A DNA stretch of 64,000 bases from Candidatus Multivoradales bacterium (GTDB lineage: Bacteria > Acidobacteriota > Thermoanaerobaculia > Multivoradales > J023), in NCBI GenBank assembly GCA_965248925.1, contig CBDFLE010000005.1:1120001-1184000 (forward strand), given 5' to 3'. Shown here one piece after another: positions 56,414 through 64,000 of the stretch. The translations under genes and the position numbers were made by a program. Numbering within the stretch: position 1 is the stretch's first letter; each line of letters starts with the position of its first letter. The notes under the pieces were generated by a model. It did no database searches and had not been told where the DNA came from. It saw nothing but the letters and a program-made list of their open reading frames with translations.

Positions 56414-57166
56414 ATGAAAAGTCCTGTCCCCTGCCTTGCCATTCTTAGCTTGACTGTTTTCTTGCCAGCAACCCTGACTGCCCAAGACGAGATTTCGGAG
56501 ATCACCTTCGACACCCTGCCGGCAGGAACCACCGTAGTCGGAGAAATCGAATTAGAGAGCGATACCCGAGTCACCGGCAAGCTGACCACCAGCGAAGAAC
56601 TAGATACCGCCGGTGGCGTTCGTTTTCCCGACGGCACCTTGCAGCTCAGCGCCGCCGCTCCCTCGACCGCAGTCCGCAGCCTGACGGCCAAGGCCGGCCT
56701 CTACAGCAACACCATCGCCGACCTCTCCCCCACCCAAGCCTTCACCGAAATCTGTTTCAAAGCTGGCGCCATGCACTTCGACATCCACGTCGCCGGAGAG
56801 TCGACCACCGGCGGCAACTGCCTACCGGGCGATACCGGTTGGATCATCGACCGCTTCGAACGCGAGTCCGGAGCCGCCCAAGATTGGACCTCCGCGCGGG
56901 CACTGTGTTTGATGGACGGTATGCGCCTGCCGGAGCCCTTCGAGATCCAACTGACCTGCGACAACGCCGACATGTTCGCGGTTAGCGACCTGCTCGACGA
57001 CGAAGAATGGGCCACCAACGAGGTGAGTACTTTGTTCACCGGTAGCGGCGGCCGGGGAGAGATCGCCACTACCCTTCCCGCCGGATCTTGCGACGGCCTT
57101 TTCTTCAGATGGGTCGGGCGCAGCAGCAACGACAGAGAAAAGGTGCAGTTTCGCTGCGTCCGTTAG
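56414..57166 (+). CDS. Secreted hypothetical protein with C-type-lectin/DUF1566-like C-terminus
   Basis: Signal peptide; GGVRFPDGTLQ; WTSARALC...MRLPE...FRCVR. Confidence 0.65.
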   Translation: MKSPVPCLAILSLTVFLPATLTAQDEISEITFDTLPAGTTVVGEIELESDTRVTGKLTTSEELDTAGGVRFPDGTLQLSAAAPSTAVRSLTAKAGLYSNTIADLSPTQAFTEICFKAGAMHFDIHVAGESTTGGNCLPGDTGWIIDRFERESGAAQDWTSARALCLMDGMRLPEPFEIQLTCDNADMFAVSDLLDDEEWATNEVSTLFTGSGGRGEIATTLPAGSCDGLFFRWVGRSSNDREKVQFRCVR

Positions 57167-57264
57167 CGGCGTTCGCCTTCCTTGGGCTTGGTAAGCGAGG
57201 ATCTGAGGTACTAGAGAGACATCTCGGAGATCACACAAACACCAGAATACAGGGGCGTTGTTCT

Positions 57265-57404
57265 CCGTCCCGCCAGGGACGTCACTCCATAGCGAGGGAT
57301 TTCAATCCCTCGTGAAGACACAATGTGATTCGCCGGGTGCAGGCTCCGGAACCCAGCAAGTGATTGAAATCACTCGCTGACGAATAACGTCCCTGACGGG
57401 ACGG
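57265..57404. repeat. REP/REPIN-like inverted pair
   Basis: CCGTCCCGCCAGGGACG..AGCGAGGGATTTCAATCCCT and its inverted copy ending CGTCCCTGACGGGACGG. Confidence 0.7.
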
Positions 57405-57530
57405 TGTGCCGTCTACTTGGCCGAAGATGTCAACGCCGTATTGTTTTTCACCGCTGCGGCCGTGCCTCTGCGCTCCGGGATCGTTCCAGATCGCCCGGTA
57501 CAGATCTAGGCATAGATCCTCGAGTCGTCC
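57405..57530 (-). pseudogene. Fragment of restriction-endonuclease-like (PD-D/ExK) effector domain
   Basis: LEDLCLDLYRAIWNDPGAQRHGRSGEKQYGVDIFG. Confidence 0.6.
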
Positions 57531-57707
57531 GCGTTGGCCGGCGGAGGTAGATCGATCGATCGCAAGGTCCCCCCCAGGTAAGTATGTCGATCTTATCCTG
57601 CCACACCCAAAGGGCATCAGGCCGACACGTTCTGTTGGGTTATTCCACTGGCTCGCCACGCTGTGTAAGAAAGACCCCCGTTCTACTTCTCGGACCTGGA
57701 GATCTCG

Positions 57708-59570
57708 ATGACAAAAACTCAAATCTTCCGCGCTCTGCCGCTGGCCTTTCTGCCACTGCTCCCACCCTTCAGTCCGGGTGCGCTGGCAGACCTGCCGTCG
57801 CTGGATTCAGCGGCCGGCCAGGAACTCGCGGCGGGGGTGGCAGAGGCCATTCCTCTGCCACCCCCCGATCTAGTGCTGCGCCTACATGCCTTCACTAGAG
57901 ACCTAGACAGCTTGGAGCATGTCGATAGTTTCTTTCCCGGTGCGCTGCTACTACCGGCCGAAGACCTACCCTTTGGCACTCTATCGATGGCGCGACCGAT
58001 GGATGTGGTAGCCAGCTTGGTCGACGAGATTGACCGGGCCTGGGAGGCCAAGACCCGCGGCGGGGCGGCAGGTTTCGAGCATATTGTCCTGGTTGGCCAC
58101 AGCATGGGGGCACTGTTTGCGCGCAAGGTCTATGTGGCCGCCTGCGGAGAGTATGCTGAAGCTCGGTTCGAACCCGAACTTCGAGCCTCTCTGCAGCGGC
58201 TGCCCGGTACCCGCAAGGACCCGATCGGTGAGTTGATCCAACCTCGCCCGTGGGCCGCCGCGGTGCGGCGCATCATCCTCTTGGCGGGAATCAATCGCGG
58301 CTGGTCGATCTCGCACCACATGTCGCTGAGCCGAGCGGTATCTATGTCCTTCGGAGTGCTGGTCGGCAATGGATTGGGCCGCTTGCGCGGCCGACCGCCG
58401 CTAATCCTCAGTATCCGCCGCGGCGCGCCCTTCATCACTCAACTGCGGATCCAATGGCTGGCGATGCGGCGCCATGCGCGCCTCGGCCACCGTCGGGAAG
58501 GACTGGCGGTTACCGTCCAACTGCTCGGTACGATCGACGACCTGGTGTCGCCGGAGGACAACATTGATCTGGTAACCGGCGACGATTTCATCTACCTCGA
58601 CGTACCCAGAACCGGTCACAAGGATGTCATCGAATTGGGCGACTCTTCTGCCGTCGGCAAGCGGCGGCGACTGATCTTTCAGCAGGCCCTCGAGAAGCTA
58701 CCCGAGCCCCATCAGGCTGATCCTGCCAACCTGGCGGTCACCGATGTTGTTTTCGTCATCCACGGGATTCGCGACCAGGGCTTTTGGACCGATCGCATTG
58801 CTCGCCAGGTGATCGACAAAGCGCGGGAAGAGGGGCGGGTAGTGGCCGCTGAAACCTCCACCTATGGCTACTTCCCGATTCTCTCCTTCCTGCGCCCACG
58901 GGCCCGCGGCCAGAAGGTCGAGTGGCTGATGGACCGTTACACCGAAGCGCTGGCAACCTACCCCAACGCCAAGACCTTCTCCTACGTCGGCCACAGCAAC
59001 GGCACCTACCTACTGGCCCGAGCGCTGCGCGAATATCCTTCAGTAAACTTCGACAACGTCGTATTCGCCGGTAGCGTCGTGCGCCACAACCTCGATTGGA
59101 AAACCTTTCTCGACTCGGGGCAGGTCGGCAAGGTGCTCAACTTTGTCGCCTCGGCCGATTGGGTGGTGGCTTTCGGCCCCAAAACCTTCGAGTTGCTCGG
59201 CATCCAAGATCTCGGTGGCGCCGGCCACGACGGCTTCAAGGCAGCCTCTACTGAAGCCAACGTGATCGAGCCCAAGTGCTGTATCGAGGGCGGCCACGGC
59301 GCGGCCATCGCGGAGGACTTCTGGGACTCGATCGCCCATTTCGTGCTTACTGGAGAATACCAAGAGCCGCCGGGCTCGACTCATGTGGCGAGGAGATCGC
59401 CATGGGTATTCTGGCCAGCGAAAATCGCCCCGTTGCTGGTGCTCGGCCTGTTAGTCGGCCTTTTCTGGCTTGGCTTTCGCATTTGGGCCTTGCCCTGGCC
59501 TGAGTGGTTGCGCACCTTGAGCGAAGTGGCATATCTCGGCTTGCTGTGGACCATTCTCACCCGGGTCTAG
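57708..59570 (+). CDS. Tandem alpha/beta-hydrolase protein with C-terminal TM helices
   Basis: Two nucleophile elbows, VGHSMG and VGHSNG; hydrophobic tail. Confidence 0.8.
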   Translation: MTKTQIFRALPLAFLPLLPPFSPGALADLPSLDSAAGQELAAGVAEAIPLPPPDLVLRLHAFTRDLDSLEHVDSFFPGALLLPAEDLPFGTLSMARPMDVVASLVDEIDRAWEAKTRGGAAGFEHIVLVGHSMGALFARKVYVAACGEYAEARFEPELRASLQRLPGTRKDPIGELIQPRPWAAAVRRIILLAGINRGWSISHHMSLSRAVSMSFGVLVGNGLGRLRGRPPLILSIRRGAPFITQLRIQWLAMRRHARLGHRREGLAVTVQLLGTIDDLVSPEDNIDLVTGDDFIYLDVPRTGHKDVIELGDSSAVGKRRRLIFQQALEKLPEPHQADPANLAVTDVVFVIHGIRDQGFWTDRIARQVIDKAREEGRVVAAETSTYGYFPILSFLRPRARGQKVEWLMDRYTEALATYPNAKTFSYVGHSNGTYLLARALREYPSVNFDNVVFAGSVVRHNLDWKTFLDSGQVGKVLNFVASADWVVAFGPKTFELLGIQDLGGAGHDGFKAASTEANVIEPKCCIEGGHGAAIAEDFWDSIAHFVLTGEYQEPPGSTHVARRSPWVFWPAKIAPLLVLGLLVGLFWLGFRIWALPWPEWLRTLSEVAYLGLLWTILTRV

Positions 59571-59843
59571 AAAGAGAACCTCTAGCGAGAGCGCCGCTAG
59601 AGCCGCAGCAGCAGGATTTCGAGGCTGAGGGCGTACGCGCCAGGGAGGCGTTCACGACCCAGGTCTGACCGTGGAAGGAGAATAGATCGGCGCGGGGATG
59701 AACGGCAGCACCAGGGCGATCAACAACCCTGTCTCGCGGCAGCCAACGACGATTGAGACCAACTCCACCAGCAGTCCCAAGACAGCCCGGCAGAGCCTGC
59801 GCCGATAACTCTCGAACAGCGGCATGCCGCCGACCCTGAAGAC

Positions 59844-59877
59844 AAAAATGGCGGGTCGGCCCATCAGCCGCCCGCCA
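59844..59877 (-). terminator. Rho-independent terminator of TonB receptor gene
   Basis: TGGCGGGCGGC-loop-GCCGACCCGCCA followed by TTTTT. Confidence 0.75.
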
Positions 59878-59910
59878 CTCGATCGCCGAACCGCGGCTAG
59901 CCTGGCTAGG

Positions 59911-62319
59911 CTAGAACTTGATCCGCGTGTTGACCCCGAAGGTGCGGGGTTGGTTGATCAAGAAACCCACCCGAGCCAGGGTGCCGCGCTCTTGGTCGAG
60001 AGCCAACAAGGCGCGTTCGTCGGTCAGGTTGTTGATGAACACTGCCGCGTCCCACTTCTCGTTCAAAAAGCCGAGGCGCAAGTTGAGAATATCGTAGGCC
60101 GGCAGCTCGGGGTCGAAGGTGAAAGTGCTGCCGTTCAGCGGGCCGCCAATGTTGTTGGGATCAAAAGCCAGCAGATTGACGGTACCGAAACCCGCCGCCT
60201 GGTCGCCGATCTGGGTGAAACGCGAGCCCACATGCTGGTAGGTGCCGGTGAGGTAGCCCGCCCAGCCGCCTTTCATCTCCCAGCGCTGGGTGCCTGCCAC
60301 CGCCAGCTGGAACTCCGGCACTGTCGGCAGGCGATTGCCTTCTTTGATCCCCGAAACGACGCTGACGTTGCCGGCGGCATCGGTGGAAGTTAGGGTGGAA
60401 TCGAGCTGAGAATCAACATAGCTGGTCGAAATAGCAACATCGAAAAAGTTGGTCAGTTGGGCGGCAAATTCGAGCTCGATGCCGGTGCTGCTGGCGTCGG
60501 GCACGTTGAACACCACCCGCGACGAGCAGGAGCCGGCGGTCACGGTCGCCTGCAAGTCACTGATGTCCATGTGGAAAGCAGCGACGTTGAAGGTGCCGCG
60601 GCCACCCAGAATGTTGCGCTTGGCGCCGACTTCAAAATTCCACAACTCCTCGTCGTCCCAGGTGTCGTTGCCGCCAAAAGTTGCCAAATCCTCGGCGGTA
60701 CACAAGGGTAGGTTTAGTGGATCGTTGATGCCGCCGAGGCGGAAGCCCTTGGAGATCTGGGCGTTGAGCTGGGTGTCTTCGTTGAGTTGGAAGCTGGCGA
60801 TCAGGCGCGGCGCAATGCCGTCGGCCGAAGTCGAGCCGAGCATGGTGCCCGGAGCGGCAAAGATGCCGTCGAAAGTCTGTACCCGGTCCTCGGTGAAATC
60901 GTACCAACGCAGACCCGCGGTGAGGTCGAAGCGATCGCTGAAGGCATAGGTCATCTCGCCGAAGACCGCCAGCTGCTCAAATTCATAGGCCAGGTCGGAG
61001 AAAAACAGCACGTCACGACCGGCGCCGAAGTTACCAGCGGTGGGAATGCCGGTGCCAGCCTCGAATCCATCAACCAACAGACTCTGACTGTAATCACGAT
61101 CAGTGCTGCTATAGAAGGCGCCGACAACCCAATCCAGCCGATCGTTGCCACCGGCCAGGCGCAACTCTTGAGTCAGCACTTCGGCGGTGGTGCCGTCGTC
61201 CAAGGGCCCGTCAAGAGTGTAAATGTTCTCCGCCAAACCGATCGAGCCGCCGGTAATGCTGGCGGTCAGGGCGGTGGCATCACGCACCACCAACACGTCC
61301 CGGTCGGTGAAGGAAGTGACCGAGGTGAGGGTCAAATCGCCAAACTCGGCCTCGATAGTGAGGTCGACGAGCAGAAACTCGTCGGTGAACGGCTCTTCGA
61401 TCTGAGTGAACTGCTGCCGCTCACCCAGATCCACCGCCGGCCGCGTGGTGGTGAAGGGGTTGGCCAGAATGTTGTAAGCGTCAGCCCGGTTCCAACCGTC
61501 GGTATTGACTTCCTGGTAGATCAGCCGTGGGGTGATGGTCACCCGCTCATTGGGTTCGAAGCGCATCGCCAACCGCACCCCGGCGCGGTCGCCGCTGTTG
61601 ACGTCTTCGTTGACGCTGAGATCAGGCTGCACGGCATCGATAAAGCCACCCATTTCGGTGAAGTAAGCTGCGATGCGCAGCGCCGCCTTCTCGCCCATCG
61701 GCGTATTGATCGCCACCTTGGCGCTTCCACCGAACTCGCCATCGGTCATCGTGCTGAGACCAAATTCGCCAAACGATTCGCTAACCCCCAATTCGGGCTG
61801 ATTGCTGATGTAGCGCACCGTGCCCGACAAGGAACCCGAACCAAACAACGTGCCCTGGGGTCCGCGCAGCACCTCGACCCGCGACATGTCGAACAGGTCG
61901 ATATCAGGGGTAAACAGGGACAGCGAAATCACCGATTCGTCGAGGTAGACCCCGACCTGCTCCTTGACCCCTGGCTGATCGCGGACGATCTGGCCGGCTG
62001 AGACCCCGCGCATGGCGACCTGGCTCTGGCCGGGACCGAGATTCTGCACACTGAATCCCGCGATGTTGGCAGAGAGGTCTTCAATGGTCTGGACTCCGCG
62101 ATCACGCAACACTTCTTCAGTGGGCGCCACCACCGAGAAAGGCACTTCCTGCAACGTCTCTTCACGCTTCCGCGCGGTCACCGTCACCTCCTCGGAAAAC
62201 GCCTGCCCCGTCTCGGCGGCAGCTGGCTCTTCGCTTTCCTGGGCAAGCACTGGTGAGCCCAAGGTGGTGGTCAGTAGCAATGCGCCGGCCCAAGTACTGG
62301 TCGCCAAGAGGCTTTTCAT
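59911..62319 (-). CDS. TonB-dependent receptor
   Basis: EEVTVTARKREE TonB box, VEVLRGPQGTLFG plug motif, C-terminal F. Confidence 0.95.
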   Translation of the reverse strand: MKSLLATSTWAGALLLTTTLGSPVLAQESEEPAAAETGQAFSEEVTVTARKREETLQEVPFSVVAPTEEVLRDRGVQTIEDLSANIAGFSVQNLGPGQSQVAMRGVSAGQIVRDQPGVKEQVGVYLDESVISLSLFTPDIDLFDMSRVEVLRGPQGTLFGSGSLSGTVRYISNQPELGVSESFGEFGLSTMTDGEFGGSAKVAINTPMGEKAALRIAAYFTEMGGFIDAVQPDLSVNEDVNSGDRAGVRLAMRFEPNERVTITPRLIYQEVNTDGWNRADAYNILANPFTTTRPAVDLGERQQFTQIEEPFTDEFLLVDLTIEAEFGDLTLTSVTSFTDRDVLVVRDATALTASITGGSIGLAENIYTLDGPLDDGTTAEVLTQELRLAGGNDRLDWVVGAFYSSTDRDYSQSLLVDGFEAGTGIPTAGNFGAGRDVLFFSDLAYEFEQLAVFGEMTYAFSDRFDLTAGLRWYDFTEDRVQTFDGIFAAPGTMLGSTSADGIAPRLIASFQLNEDTQLNAQISKGFRLGGINDPLNLPLCTAEDLATFGGNDTWDDEELWNFEVGAKRNILGGRGTFNVAAFHMDISDLQATVTAGSCSSRVVFNVPDASSTGIELEFAAQLTNFFDVAISTSYVDSQLDSTLTSTDAAGNVSVVSGIKEGNRLPTVPEFQLAVAGTQRWEMKGGWAGYLTGTYQHVGSRFTQIGDQAAGFGTVNLLAFDPNNIGGPLNGSTFTFDPELPAYDILNLRLGFLNEKWDAAVFINNLTDERALLALDQERGTLARVGFLINQPRTFGVNTRIKF

Positions 62320-62615
62320 GACGTTGTCTCCATATCAAGGTGGTCTCTTCTGCTGGGAGAACTGCCCCCCAAGCCCGTGCCGCGCAGATCCGGCAATGCC
62401 CAGGAAATCATGTCCCCGAGTGCCTTGGTCCGCAGCGTTAGTCTGTCAAAGCCATCGAACGATAAGGCTCACGCCGAGAGGCTGTCAAACAAATTCTTGT
62501 CGCAGTTTCTCCTCTCTTGGCCGCTTGCCAAGCCTGCCGCCAGTCAGATTCCGCCCACCGAACGCGAACTAACCCCTGAACTGAAAAGCACTTGAACTCT
62601 GAGGAGGTAGTCGCC

Positions 62616-64000
62616 ATGAGGTCCTACGCTGGATTGTTGACCTTGATCTTTTCTCTGTGGCTGAGTCCACTGACCGCCCACGCCGACCTGGGAGTCAAAT
62701 CCCTCTCCGGGCCGCCGGTCGAACTCGAGCTATACCATCTGCCATCGGCCGCTGAGCTGACCGTACCGTCGAACTTATTGCTGATCGATCAGCGGACCAC
62801 TGCTCGAGATAGCAAGGCCACCGAGACCCCGGGCACCTCCTTCAGCACCGTTGCCGGGGTCGGCTTCAGCCTGCTGCAGGTGACCACTAGCTACCCCTCT
62901 TTCGGCTCCGCTATCCTCACCTCGCCAGCTGGCGCTCGCTATGAGATCCGCGGGGGTGCGATCACTTGCAATGACCGCCCTTGCAACGACGATCAAGCCA
63001 ACTTGGTGAGCGAGGCCTTCCGCCGTCAGGCGCCCGCTGGAGTCGCCATCTTCTCGATATCCGGCGCCGAGGTCGAGGGCGGCAGCTGGACCCTCACCTT
63101 GAACGGGCCCGGTCACTCGGTGACGGTCGAATCGATGATCAGCTTCGAGGAAGACAAGGTCGAGGTGGGTCTCGAGCCAGAACCCTGCCGCGGATCGACC
63201 GGCAACGCCGTTTGCGCCGCAGCCGACACCGCCCACACGGCCTACAATCTGACCGCAGGTGCCGAGCCAGTGCTCAGCCTGTCGATGACCAGCTCGGACC
63301 CGCAGGGTCGCCGAATTGAACAACGGTTGCAACCCACCTCGATTCGCTGGACCCTTAGCGAAACCAATTCCGCGACCCAGCTGCACCAACGGCAATACGA
63401 TAGCCGCCAAGCCGCCAACCTGCCGCGCAGCGCCAGCGGCCACACCCTGCTGCCCTTGCCCAGCCTCCCGGTGGGCAACTACACGGTGAGGATCGACGTC
63501 GTAGGCAACGTCGAGAATCGCGGGCGGATCGAAAGAACCGCCTTCTATCCGCTGCCGATCATTGCCCAGAGTTATCAGCTAGCCGGTACCGCCAGCGCCG
63601 AGGTGTTGGACGACGACCGGCTGCAAATACATCTCGATCTCGCTTCTTCTATCGCCGACGTCGGCCATGTCTACGCCTTCGCTGAAGTGTGGAGCGGCGA
63701 CGGCGAGACTCCCCTGGCCTGGATCGGCGGCATGACCCATCCGACCCTCGGCGATAGCCAGCGACCGACTCTGCCTCTTCTGTTGGACGCCCGCTGGCTG
63801 GCTCTGGCGGGCGAACATGGCAAAGATCTTGTGCTGCGAAATATCCGCCTCCAAGACCCCGACACTTTCATCCCCATCGATCAGCTCGACGAGCTACCAT
63901 TCAGCACTAGCCGGCTACCCCGAGCGGCATTTCAAGCTGCCAATGAAGTCAGCAAGGACGAATCGCTTTACATCGGCAAAGGCGATCGCTCAATCCCAAC
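62616..64000 (+). CDS. Secreted protein resembling conditioned-medium-factor (CMF) family (partial, runs off window end)
   Basis: Manual translation: GAGGAGG RBS, signal peptide, KSLSGPP, AEVWSG..PLAWIGGM, LDARWL, LRNIRLQDPD. Confidence 0.55.
   Translation, partial: MRSYAGLLTLIFSLWLSPLTAHADLGVKSLSGPPVELELYHLPSAAELTVPSNLLLIDQRTTARDSKATETPGTSFSTVAGVGFSLLQVTTSYPSFGSAILTSPAGARYEIRGGAITCNDRPCNDDQANLVSEAFRRQAPAGVAIFSISGAEVEGGSWTLTLNGPGHSVTVESMISFEEDKVEVGLEPEPCRGSTGNAVCAAADTAHTAYNLTAGAEPVLSLSMTSSDPQGRRIEQRLQPTSIRWTLSETNSATQLHQRQYDSRQAANLPRSASGHTLLPLPSLPVGNYTVRIDVVGNVENRGRIERTAFYPLPIIAQSYQLAGTASAEVLDDDRLQIHLDLASSIADVGHVYAFAEVWSGDGETPLAWIGGMTHPTLGDSQRPTLPLLLDARWLALAGEHGKDLVLRNIRLQDPDTFIPIDQLDELPFSTSRLPRAAFQAANEVSKDESLYIGKGDRSIP

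Noticed and set aside
59652-59864. Small minus-strand ORF after the TonB receptor
   Set aside because: Overlaps the terminator, has no RBS or recognisable motif

Overview
High-GC bacterial window; gene content (C-terminal F-x-[DE]-GFE-x-GD-x3-W motifs, Hanks kinase-TPR proteins) suggests Acidobacteriota/Thermoanaerobaculia, which is inference only. Left to right: a partial Ser/Thr kinase-TPR gene and ada; a ~20 kb accessory island (~4.3-24.7 kb); then backbone genes (DUF899, NhaC-like antiporter, msrB/msrA, PQQ-propeller-esterase, 3052-aa Calx-beta autotransporter, NSS and MATE transporters, SGNH hydrolase, TonB-dependent receptor). The island holds a tyrosine integrase, IS66, two near-identical IS4 copies, a decayed IS21, a Lamassu/ABC-three-component defence operon nested antisense inside a group IIC intron remnant, an integron-cassette-like Ser/Thr kinase and a three-copy non-coding promoter/IHF-site element. 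Outside the island lie a Septu-like pair whose ATPase has a degenerate HNH fused at its N-terminus, a Dictyostelium CMF-like secreted protein, and the most unusual gene: a protein with the full ordered motif set of eukaryotic inositol polyphosphate kinases behind an effector-like leader. No rRNA, intact tRNA or CRISPR array was seen. All calls come from manual motif reading; no database searches were run.
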